Origin: Sedimentisphaerales bacterium
Lineage (GTDB): Bacteria > Planctomycetota > Phycisphaerae > Sedimentisphaerales > Anaerobacaceae
Assembly: GCA_963708075.1 (NCBI GenBank)
Contig: OY970194.1
Location: forward strand, 256,001 to 320,000
Length of the DNA stretch: 64,000 nt
Direction: 5' to 3'
Shown: positions 9,958-18,512 of the stretch, one piece after another
Numbering within the stretch: the first letter of the stretch is position 1
Layout of the letters: each line of letters opens with the position of its first letter
Notes under the pieces: model-generated
The model's input: only the letters and a program-made list of their open reading frames with translations
What the model was told of the DNA's origin: nothing
The model's database searches: none
Position numbers and translations under genes: made by a program

Positions 9958-10671
9958 GTGAGCCTCTTTGCGCGTCTGTCGGCAGTCAGTCGGAAAAGGA
10001 AACTGGAGCTCTTTCACGAGACCATGCGACCCGCGCCATCGATGCGTGTACTCGACCTGGGAGCGGAAATCGAATCTGCCGGCGACGATTGCTGTAAGTT
10101 CATGGACCAGTATCCGTGGAAGCGCATGATCACGGCGGCAAATATCGATCCGAGACACGTGGAGAAGATCGCCCGGCGGTACCCCGAGGTGGAGGCCGTC
10201 GTGGCGGATGCCCGCAGCCTTCCCTGGCCGGACAAGCACTTCGACATTGTCTACAGTAACGCCGTGATAGAGCACGTGGGCACGTTCGAGGATCAGAAGC
10301 GGATGGCCTCTGAGGTCATGCGAGTCGGCAAGCGATGGTTCATCACCACGCCGAATCGCTGGTATCCATTCGAATTCCATCTGCGTCTGCCCTTCGTGAC
10401 CTGGCTGCCGGGGGATGCCTACCTCAGGTGCGGCAGAATCATACGCTATAACCATGTCCGCAAACGATACGTCACGGGCGCGGATTGCTCGGGCATTCGG
10501 TTGATGACCGCGGGGGAATTGATGAGGTGCTTTTCCGGCGGCCGGGTGATCAAGCAGCGCGTGACATTCATGGCGGAGACGTTGATTGCCGTCGGCGAGC
10601 TGGAGGCGGGGAAGGACTCTGGGGCATGTGCCGTGCAAACGGAATCCCAGGGACGCCCGGCGTCCCTCTGA
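9958..10671 (+). CDS. Class I SAM-dependent methyltransferase
   Basis: VLDLGA motif I, VADARSLPWPDKHFDIVYSNAVIEHV, TTPNRWYPFEFH. Confidence 0.85.
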   Translation: MSLFARLSAVSRKRKLELFHETMRPAPSMRVLDLGAEIESAGDDCCKFMDQYPWKRMITAANIDPRHVEKIARRYPEVEAVVADARSLPWPDKHFDIVYSNAVIEHVGTFEDQKRMASEVMRVGKRWFITTPNRWYPFEFHLRLPFVTWLPGDAYLRCGRIIRYNHVRKRYVTGADCSGIRLMTAGELMRCFSGGRVIKQRVTFMAETLIAVGELEAGKDSGACAVQTESQGRPASL

Positions 10672-10717
10672 GCCGACACGCTCTGGCTCGGACTGATGTT
10701 CGTGCCGGGCACGGGGG

Positions 10718-11716
10718 TCAGTGCAGGTATCTCTTGCGGTAGCTCAGGAGCAGACCCGCGAACGACAGCAGGAACATGACGGCCAGGACTCCGATGAAAG
10801 CCTGCCTGCCTTTGGCGACTTCCAGAGCCTGGATCATGTTGCAGGTTTCCTGCGTGAGATCGGCGCTGGTCTTGATAGTGGAGGCGGCTTCGTTGATTTC
10901 TCTCATGTTGAAGCTGTGGAAGCTCTGACGTAACTGGGAGAGCGTCTCGCGGCTGTGGCCGTACATTTTTTTCATCGCCAGGTTCCTGTAGCCGTACGTC
11001 TCCAACTTGTTGTATTGCTCCGAGGCGTTCTTCAATTGAGTTTCGGCGTTCGTGAGGATGGCGTGGATCTGCGAGACGGTTTCCATGGTCGCCGCCCGAT
11101 GGCATACGGCGCAGCGGCCGCCCTGCGTGTGGGACTTCAGGTCGATGATGTCCACGCCGGCTTCCTGGATGGCGTGGGAACCCTGGCCATGACAGTACAG
11201 GCACGTCGGGTTGCCGAGGTCCCCGTGAGGCGAGCCCAGGTGTTTCTCCTTGATCAGGGAGTGGCATTTGCCGCAAAAATAGCTGACGCTGCGTCCCCGT
11301 ACAGCACTGGTAAACTGCTCGTCGGGCCGGTTCACCAGCGATAGCTCCCTGCTTCGCTGCTGGTGCGAGCGATTCTTGAACGCTTCGTCGCTGCTGCATT
11401 GCTCCCGCTTGACGGAGGGATCACCGCCGTGACAGCCGTCGCAAGCGACGCTGTTGCGGAAGTGGACACTCTGTCCCCACTCCTGCACGACGGCGCCGAG
11501 CTTTCCCACCAGGTCGCGATGGCAGGACACGCATGCGTTGTCCTTGTATGAATCGGACGGGGATATGGCGGCAGCCTGTTCGGATGCGTTTGTAGTGACG
11601 CCGTGAGGCGTTTCCTCCGATGCCGTACGGGCGGGTTTCAAGCCCGCCCCTACAGTTCCGGGCACGCTGCAAACGGACAGAACGAAGGTGCAGGCAATCA
11701 ACAGTCTGGACATCAT
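10718..11716 (-). CDS. Pentaheme cytochrome c with C-terminal coiled coil and TM anchor
   Basis: Signal peptide MMSRLLIACTFVLS; CVSCH, CDGCH, CGKCH, CLYCH, CAVCH; ATG 11716 overlaps TGA of upstream gene (ATGA). Confidence 0.85.
   Translation of the reverse strand: MMSRLLIACTFVLSVCSVPGTVGAGLKPARTASEETPHGVTTNASEQAAAISPSDSYKDNACVSCHRDLVGKLGAVVQEWGQSVHFRNSVACDGCHGGDPSVKREQCSSDEAFKNRSHQQRSRELSLVNRPDEQFTSAVRGRSVSYFCGKCHSLIKEKHLGSPHGDLGNPTCLYCHGQGSHAIQEAGVDIIDLKSHTQGGRCAVCHRAATMETVSQIHAILTNAETQLKNASEQYNKLETYGYRNLAMKKMYGHSRETLSQLRQSFHSFNMREINEAASTIKTSADLTQETCNMIQALEVAKGRQAFIGVLAVMFLLSFAGLLLSYRKRYLH
11592..11653. repeat. GTAG-type REP doublet embedded in coding sequence
   Basis: GTAGTGACGCCGTGAGGCGTT and GTACGGGCGGGTTTCAAGCCCGCCCCTAC; translated VGAGLKPART..ETPHGVTT. 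Confidence 0.75.
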
Positions 11717-12742
11717 GGCAATCGATCCCTTTCTTCCGGACTCAGCGTGCGACGCACCGTGCGCCATTCGGTCACTACAAACGCATAGAAGATAGTGACG
11801 GCTAACGCCATGACGAACACGGTGAACAGGAATCTGCGGGTTCTCGTCGTGCGGCCCTCCGGAGAACAGTCCTCCCGGCGGCCACATCGCCCAGATCGTC
11901 AGACCGAGGAACAGGATCAGGCCCTCCGTCGTCACGGCCGCCATCAGTTTCACCCGCAGGCTCTGGTCGGTCCCCGCGATGCGCCGCAGCAACACCCACA
12001 GGATGAAGATCGAGGAAACCAGGAAAAGGCCCAGACCGATACCGTAGGCGAGGAGAGGGCTGATGCTCCACGAGAGCCCCTGTCCGAGCACGACGAGAAA
12101 CGCCATGGCCTGCAAGCCCATGAGGATCAGGCCGGTGTTGAGCAGAAGCAGCCATTTGAAGGCGTCGCCGAAGCCAGCCTTCTTCATCACGATCCCGGCC
12201 AGAACGTATCCGGCAATCCACACGACCGGCCAGACGTACATCGGGTGCAGCAGGTCGGCAAGGGGCATTGCCATGCGACTTCGCACCCATAGCAGCATCC
12301 CTGCCGGGATGGCAAACGCCACCCATTGAATGGCGAGGGTCATGACTCCGGCTCGCCAGTCATCCCTGCCCACTTGAGCGGATCGCAGGGGAGCCCAAAA
12401 CGGAAAGAGGAACAACAGCCCGACCACGATCATCTGTGTGAGGATTCCCAGGGCTTTGCCGCTGATGCCCAGGACTTCCGACGGCATCAGCTTGAGATAC
12501 TGGTAGACGGCCAGGAAGTACCACTCCGGCCGGATGTGCGGCGGCGTGCTCCCGGGATCGGCCGGCTCCTGCTCGTGCGCGAGGCCCTCGACCCCCAAGT
12601 GCTCCAGGAAAACCGGCAAGATGGCCAGGAATGTCAGCAGGGCGAGCGTGCAGAGCACGACGATGATCATCTTGACGATCTCGTTCGGGAAGAACGGCTC
12701 TAAGTGCTCGGGTTTATACTGTTCTCGGTAATCGACACCCAT
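11713..12742 (-). CDS. Cytochrome b6-type subunit IV (PetD/QcrC-like) with extra TM helices; one extra base near 11842
   Basis: EPFFPNE and TPPHIRPEWYFL (PEWY); shifted frame gives TRRFLFTVFVMALAVTIFYAFVVTEW..DRLP-stop at 11713. Confidence 0.8.
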
Positions 12743-12767
12743 TTGCAAATCTCCCTGGAATCCGGCG

Positions 12768-13439
12768 TCACAAAGGCCGGGAAATCCCGGTCCGTCGAAT
12801 CATCAGAAAATGCATGACCATCACGAGGGCGGAGATTGCGGGCAGGACCCAGATGTGCATGGCAAAGAAAAAGCCCAGAGTCTCTCCGCTGATCGATTGT
12901 CCTCTTCGAATCAATACGACGATGTACTCCCCGAGCAGCGGGACTGCCGAAGGGATCTCGGTCCCTACCTTGGCACCCCAGTAGGAAAGCTGCGTCCATG
13001 GCAGCAGGTAGCCTGTGAACGCCAGCATTGTCGTGGTGAGCATCAAGACCGCGCCGCTGATCCAGTGGAACTCCCGCGGCCTGCGGAAAATCCGCAGGTA
13101 AGCTACGCGCGCCATGTGCAGGAAGACCAGGGCGATCATGAAGTTGGCGCCCACGGAATGAATCCGCTGGATCAGCCATCCCATCGGCACGTTGCTCTTG
13201 ATGAACGTCACGCTGTCCCAGGCTCGCTCCGAGTCCGACTTGTAGTACATCAGCAGGAGAATGCCGGTGAAGATCTGGATCAGGAAGATCAGGAAGGCCA
13301 GCCCCCCGAAACATCCCGCCCAGCTCAACGTCTTTGGGACTCGCTTGCGGGTCAGGTTCTGCTCGATCACGGGCGTCAAATGGAATCGATCATCCACTTC
13401 GCCCATGATCGCTTCTGTCAATTTGGCTATTCTACTCAT
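12768..13439 (-). CDS. Cytochrome b6-like N-terminal subunit (PetB/QcrB-like)
   Basis: WAGCFGG, RIHSVGA..FLHMAR, FTGYLLPWTQLSYWG, helix D His pair separated by 14 residues. Confidence 0.92.
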   Translation of the reverse strand: MSRIAKLTEAIMGEVDDRFHLTPVIEQNLTRKRVPKTLSWAGCFGGLAFLIFLIQIFTGILLLMYYKSDSERAWDSVTFIKSNVPMGWLIQRIHSVGANFMIALVFLHMARVAYLRIFRRPREFHWISGAVLMLTTTMLAFTGYLLPWTQLSYWGAKVGTEIPSAVPLLGEYIVVLIRRGQSISGETLGFFFAMHIWVLPAISALVMVMHFLMIRRTGISRPL

Positions 13440-13445
13440 GGCAAC

Positions 13446-13934
13446 CTACGCAATCACAAGGACGCCTTTGGCGATCTCGAATTTGACTTTCCTCAGAGGC
13501 ATGTTGACGGGGCCTTTGACCACCGCCCCCTGGTCGTCGAAGACCGCGCCGTGGCAGGGACAGTGAAACACGTGTTGGTTCTGGTCCCACGAAACCAGGC
13601 AACCCAGATGGGTACAGCCCGCATCGAACGCCTTGGGCTCTTGGTTCGTGTAGATCACGACGATCTGTACGCCCTCCCGCTCGAAGAACACGGCCTGATC
13701 TTCCTTCAGGTCGGCAAGAGGCACTTCGATGCTCTTGGCCGTGTTGATCCGCTTCGGCAGGCGCATGAACGAGAAAATTGGAAACGCCACGACGAGCCCG
13801 GCGACTCCGGCCATCATCGCAAAGCACGCATGGAAGAACCCCCGCCGGCTGGACTGCGACGAACCTCCCACACGCGAATTCCCTCTCGCCTCGCCGGCAG
13901 GCTCGGCGCCGTGATTACACGGGCAACTCGTCAT
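13446..13934 (-). CDS. Rieske 2Fe-2S subunit (PetC/QcrA-like), Tat-anchored
   Basis: SRRGFF Tat motif + TM; CTHLGC and CPCHG boxes. Confidence 0.93.
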   Translation of the reverse strand: MTSCPCNHGAEPAGEARGNSRVGGSSQSSRRGFFHACFAMMAGVAGLVVAFPIFSFMRLPKRINTAKSIEVPLADLKEDQAVFFEREGVQIVVIYTNQEPKAFDAGCTHLGCLVSWDQNQHVFHCPCHGAVFDDQGAVVKGPVNMPLRKVKFEIAKGVLVIA

Positions 13935-13956
13935 ATCAAAGACCTTTCACTTGGAT

Positions 13957-13978
13957 GTGGCGTTCTGCAAAACTCCGC
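13957..13978. repeat. Collapsed remnant resembling fused ends of the 57066-57320 MITE
   Basis: GTGGCGTTCTGCAAAACTCCGC vs fused TIR ends GTGGAGTTCTGCAAAACTCCAC (20/22). Confidence 0.5.
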
Positions 13979-13983
13979 TTAGA

Positions 13984-15060
13984 TCAATGCTGGTCCATTT
14001 CCAGCAACAGTTGTGCCGCTTTCTTGTAGTGCTCCAGGGCGCGGTCCTTCTCGCCCTGCGCCTCACAGACATTGCCCATCAGGTAATTGGCCTGCGGATG
14101 ATTTGGATGCGTGGTCAGGAGCCAGTTGAGCCGCCATTTCGCGGAGGCGATCTCCTCACCGCCTCGCCGGATTTCGACCGACGCCATCAGCAGGTTCGCT
14201 TCGATGTGGTCCTTATCCGCATCGAGCACCTTCTGCAGTTGTTCGCAGGTTTCGGGCAGCCGATTCAACTGGATGAAACACCGCGCCATGCCGATCCTCG
14301 CGGGCAGGTAACTGCCATCCAGCGTCAGCACTTCACGGTATCGCTCCAGGGCAAGCTCGGCGAAGCCCCTTCGCATCAGTTGCCCCGCCAGACCCGCCAG
14401 ACGACCGACCTTTGCAGCGGCCTCTTCCTTTTCCGAAGGCCCTTGGGACGCTGACCGGGACGACTCATACTCTTCCCGCGTCATGCGGCCGATGGAGAGC
14501 AGTACGGCGTCCTCCACGATATCGGAAAAAGCCAAAGGCAGGCCGGACAAGGCCAGGTTGATCTTGCCCTGCTTATCCACCACGACGACACTTGGCAGCA
14601 CGATGACCCCGTAATCGCCAAAGGCCTTCTGATCCTTGTCCAGCAGGATTTCCGTGCGAATCTTTTCCTTTGCGTCGAGTTGTGCCTTCTGTTCCTGGGT
14701 TGGAGCCTGCGAGACGATCAGGTACACGGGCACATCGATCTCGGTCAGGCCGATGGTCTTGTAGATCTTCTTCAACGCGATCAGTGCTTCCTGGGTCGGC
14801 TGGTGGTACGGCTCTCCGAAAATCAGCAGGACGGGTCGGTCGAGCGGTTCCAGGCTGACGTACTTCCCGGGCGGGATCATCGCCGGCAGGCGGAAGCCGG
14901 GGGCCTTGTCATACAGCTTGAGATGCGACACGGCGATGCTCGGTGCGGCTGTGCTCGCGATGAGAAGGGCAATCATAGCGGCGCGACGTGAGAAGGAGTT
15001 CCGAGGGCCTCGCATATTGAATTCTCCAAATCCCATGATGACTCGTCTCCTGCAAATCAC
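13984..15060 (-). CDS. Redoxin (AhpC/TSA-like fold, no CxxC) + TPR protein
   Basis: KAPGFRLP..PVLLIFG..ILLDKDQKAFGDYGVIVLPSVVVVDKQG; several TPR repeats C-terminally; start could be 15036 or 15015. Confidence 0.75.
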   Translation of the reverse strand: MICRRRVIMGFGEFNMRGPRNSFSRRAAMIALLIASTAAPSIAVSHLKLYDKAPGFRLPAMIPPGKYVSLEPLDRPVLLIFGEPYHQPTQEALIALKKIYKTIGLTEIDVPVYLIVSQAPTQEQKAQLDAKEKIRTEILLDKDQKAFGDYGVIVLPSVVVVDKQGKINLALSGLPLAFSDIVEDAVLLSIGRMTREEYESSRSASQGPSEKEEAAAKVGRLAGLAGQLMRRGFAELALERYREVLTLDGSYLPARIGMARCFIQLNRLPETCEQLQKVLDADKDHIEANLLMASVEIRRGGEEIASAKWRLNWLLTTHPNHPQANYLMGNVCEAQGEKDRALEHYKKAAQLLLEMDQH

Positions 15061-16403
15061 TCCGCCGGCTTCGCATTGCCCGCCGGCTGGGTCGCCGGGG
15101 GAGTGTCTGTCCGCTCATAGGACCTGGCCGCATGACAGGCGGGAGCGCACGTACCGCCGTTCGGCTTTGACTCGAACTTGATCTCATATTTCCAGTTCCC
15201 ATAGGGGACAACCTCGCTGATATGAGCGGGGCTCTTACTGGCGTGAACCGCATGACAGGCCCTGCAGGTCCGGCCCTTGCGAGGCTTGCTGACGTGGACG
15301 TAATGGAGATTGAGATCGCCGTTCCTGAACTGTGTCAATCCCCGACCCTGCTCGGTCGCGACCAGCTCGCTTCGGTGGCACGTGAAGCACAGCTTGTAGT
15401 CGTCAGGATTGAACGGGGCGTAGAACAACTCCGGATAGGTCTCCGTCAAGAGATTGGTATGGAGCGAGGCATGAGGGTTATGACAGGCCGAGCAGTCCGC
15501 CTGCCGGATCGGGCCGTGATGGTTGGGGTTCTCCTTCAGCAGAGCGGCCATGTTCGCCACGTTCTTCCCGTTCGGCCGAGGTATCTCCTCATTGTGGCAG
15601 CCCAGACACGTATCGAGCAGGGAGCTCTTCAGGAGGGTAGGCAGCGAGGAGGAGTGTCCGGCGTGGCAATTCCTGCACTCCTGTTTCTCGGTCACCGCGC
15701 CATGGACGACCGGGCTCTTCTCGATGAGTTGCCCAATGTCCTCATGGCAGGACACGCAGAACTTGCGGTCCTCGTCCCGCATTTGCTGAGGGAAGTCCGA
15801 GCCGTGCGGGTCGTGGCATTTGTCGCAATCACCGGTTGCCGGCGGGTGGACGTGGCGCGCCTGCTGGTCCCGGCGAATCTTGTCCTCGTGGCATGTCGCA
15901 CATAGCTCGTTTCCCTCGGCGATGAGCAATTTCGGCTTCCAGGAGGAGTGCGAATCGTGGCACAGGATGCAGGCGCCCATCGCGACGGGTCCATGCAAGT
16001 GCCGCTTGTTCATGAATGCGTCTTTGGCATGACAAGTCAGGCACAGGTCCTTCGATGGATCGGCCCGCAACAGCAGGTTGAAATCGCTTTGATGGGGATC
16101 GTGGCAATCGATGCAGCGGCCGTCCTTGACTGGCTGGTGAACGTGATTCTTGACCGTCAGAATGTGACACGCCAGGCACAGGGTCTCCCTGGGGTACCCC
16201 GGCTGGAATTCGTGTGCCCCGGGACGTGCCTGCGTATGACAGGGATTGCACATCCCCTTGGCCACCGGGTCATGGATCGTCGCCTTGACCTGTAGGTCGG
16301 CATGGCAGCCGAAATCGGTGCAGGTCTTGCCCTCCATCTCGGCCGGCGAGGGGGCCGCCCACACGCTTACGGAAAGCAGCAATAAGCCAACGGGTCCAAT
16401 CAT
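15057..16403 (-). CDS. Periplasmic multiheme cytochrome c (13 CxxCH + CX4CH + CX3CH; paired-CXXCH type)
   Basis: Motifs counted in translation; repeated H-x-P..CxxCHxxH..CxxCH units; signal peptide. Confidence 0.92.
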   Translation of the reverse strand: MIGPVGLLLLSVSVWAAPSPAEMEGKTCTDFGCHADLQVKATIHDPVAKGMCNPCHTQARPGAHEFQPGYPRETLCLACHILTVKNHVHQPVKDGRCIDCHDPHQSDFNLLLRADPSKDLCLTCHAKDAFMNKRHLHGPVAMGACILCHDSHSSWKPKLLIAEGNELCATCHEDKIRRDQQARHVHPPATGDCDKCHDPHGSDFPQQMRDEDRKFCVSCHEDIGQLIEKSPVVHGAVTEKQECRNCHAGHSSSLPTLLKSSLLDTCLGCHNEEIPRPNGKNVANMAALLKENPNHHGPIRQADCSACHNPHASLHTNLLTETYPELFYAPFNPDDYKLCFTCHRSELVATEQGRGLTQFRNGDLNLHYVHVSKPRKGRTCRACHAVHASKSPAHISEVVPYGNWKYEIKFESKPNGGTCAPACHAARSYERTDTPPATQPAGNAKPAE

Positions 16404-16779
16404 GATCGGACTACCACAGCCTTCTCTTCGTCTCTGGCGTCCTGGATGCCAGCGTGTGACTCTACTTGCACACTATAACTATGGCTTTAGTAGGATATTG
16501 CCCCAAAACGAAAAAACTTCTCGGTTCTCCAAATTGATGATCAGTCGTTGGTGGGCCGTCCTACATGATGTAAGTACTTTTTTGAAAAGCACATACGAAT
16601 AAGTACCCCAGGTAAACCAGTCCGAGACCGATACTACCAGACAGTCCCAGAGTACACTCGATCCAGCTTAAAGTCAATACGCTTCCGCAAGATTCTTACC
16701 AAAAAGCACGGCCGGCTCAGGAACGGGGACAGATGCCAATCGCTCCGTGACGCAGGGCCATGGGTGTCGCTCGGATACG

Positions 16780-17145
16780 TCAATTAGGGTGGAACTCCTC
16801 ATTGGAGTCATCCTCATCAGGCTCGTCCTCGTCGGCTTCCTCTTCGTCATCGTCCTCCTCATCCAGCAGGTCTTCATCGAGCAGGTCCTCGTCCTCTTCG
16901 GAGGCGTCCATCTGCTGATCGAACGTCCAGCTATTCAGGGCGGCCACAAGGATCTCCGTACCGATCCTTTCCCTGTCGGCCTCGTTGATGTCGGCCAGCG
17001 TCCTGGCCATCCAATCGATGAGCCCGTTGACAGCATTGACGCAATCGTCGAATTCCAGATGCCCTGCGCCGTCGGCGCCGGTGATCGTTCCGTGCTCCAT
17101 GACCTTGATGACAAGCGTTGCCTTCGGTTTCGAGAAGTCTTCCAT
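16780..17145 (-). CDS. Hypothetical protein with highly acidic C-terminal tail
   Basis: 121 aa ORF; last ~40 aa almost all D/E. Confidence 0.7.
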   Translation of the reverse strand: MEDFSKPKATLVIKVMEHGTITGADGAGHLEFDDCVNAVNGLIDWMARTLADINEADRERIGTEILVAALNSWTFDQQMDASEEDEDLLDEDLLDEEDDDEEEADEDEPDEDDSNEEFHPN

Positions 17146-17253
17146 AGGAGTTATCGCCTTTTCGGTTGTCGAACGTCGTCACGTTTCACTGCTGCTACTG
17201 CCATTATAGCCACTGCCCTTGGAAACTGAAAACCGAAATGGACAAGGCTCTCG

Positions 17254-18477
17254 TCAGTTGCGGGTCAAGGGTACATCGTCGGGCGAGGAGACCCATAGCA
17301 GGGGCTGGGTCACGGCCATGTTCCGCTGCACTTCGGCGTCAGTCGGGTCGGGATCGAGCGTCTTCCACAGGTCGAGGTAGCCCCCTTCGCCGAAGGCGTA
17401 GCCGGCAAAGAGCAGCGCGGGCTGTCGGACGGGCCAGGCCTCGAAGTGCTCCACGTCCGGCTTGTGCGGCCATTTGCTCTTGTCCCGCAAGAAGGGGTAG
17501 AGATACTCCACGGCTCTGCGGATGCCCCGGCCGTCGGGCAGGGTGAACGCCCAGAGGTTGTCCTCCGGCGTTGAGAGCAACTGACACAGGATGGCCATGT
17601 TGTCCAACTGAAAGATCGAGTAGCCATAGGGTTTGGTCCTCGCCAGTTCCTGCGGGAAGCTGCCGTCGGGGGCCATCTGCTGGGGGATGAAGACCTCCTT
17701 GTAGCGTCTTCGGCACAGATCGAGCTTCTGTGCATCGCCCGTCAGCCTGGCAAAGGCGGCAAGCTGGACCATGTACGCCACACTGTGGTTGTTCTTGGCG
17801 TTCATCTCGTCCAGGCCATAGGGATGCGTGGTCATCCACTGGGCGTAGTCGGCGAACCACTTCTTCAAGCCCGCGAGGATGTCCGGCGTCATCGCCCGGG
17901 ATTTGTCGATGGCCATGATCGCCGGCGGGACCTCCGCCAGATGGAGCGTGTCGATGATGCCGATCCCGCGGCCGGAGGACCGCCCAGGGATGGCCTGGGC
18001 ATAGAGCAGGCTGGAATTCATCTTCGTGGCCTCATCAAGGAAGAATACCTTGAGCAGCGCCACGGCTTTCTCGGCGTACTTCTCCTGTCCATCGATAGCG
18101 TAGGCAGCCGCCAGGGCCGTCACAGCGTCGCGCATATTGCGAAGCGCCATGCGATGCGCCGAGAAATTGTTCGGGTTGGACTGACCGTCGCGACGAATGT
18201 AAGGCAGGCCATCCGGCTTGTTCGGATCGGGCCACCAGTAATCCCCGTTGGAGTAGAAATCGTGCGGGCCGCCTTCACTGAGCCTGGCGGGGAATTGCGT
18301 GATCGAAATCGGCGCGGCGCCAAGGGCCTGATCGGCCAGCTTGAGGATACGCTGCCGGTCGAACGCCGCGATCTCCAATGCCTGTTTGCGATGGGACACC
18401 GCCTTCGATGGGGCCTCTTTCGCCATTGCCAGGCCTGTGCATGCAATACACACGATGCTCAACACCAATAGGTGCAT
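17254..18477 (-). CDS. Alginate lyase family protein (secreted)
   Basis: HDFYSNGDYWWPDP..PYIRRDG, GRGIGIIDT, NNHS, ELARTKPYGYSIF. Confidence 0.85.
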   Translation of the reverse strand: MHLLVLSIVCIACTGLAMAKEAPSKAVSHRKQALEIAAFDRQRILKLADQALGAAPISITQFPARLSEGGPHDFYSNGDYWWPDPNKPDGLPYIRRDGQSNPNNFSAHRMALRNMRDAVTALAAAYAIDGQEKYAEKAVALLKVFFLDEATKMNSSLLYAQAIPGRSSGRGIGIIDTLHLAEVPPAIMAIDKSRAMTPDILAGLKKWFADYAQWMTTHPYGLDEMNAKNNHSVAYMVQLAAFARLTGDAQKLDLCRRRYKEVFIPQQMAPDGSFPQELARTKPYGYSIFQLDNMAILCQLLSTPEDNLWAFTLPDGRGIRRAVEYLYPFLRDKSKWPHKPDVEHFEAWPVRQPALLFAGYAFGEGGYLDLWKTLDPDPTDAEVQRNMAVTQPLLWVSSPDDVPLTRN

Positions 18478-18512
18478 ATTCCAGCCCTTTCCCAACTCTT
18501 CATTTGCATATA

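Noticed and set aside
10718..12748. 676-aa subunit IV-multiheme cytochrome fusion in the ORF track
   Set aside because: Better explained by one extra base near 11842; the other frame gives a proper TM end, an ATGA overlap and a separate signal peptide
16534..16572. FNR-like box or operator upstream of the cytochrome operon (TTGATGATCAG; TACATGATGTA)
   Set aside because: Only a half-site with wrong spacing and a short palindrome; not distinguishable from chance
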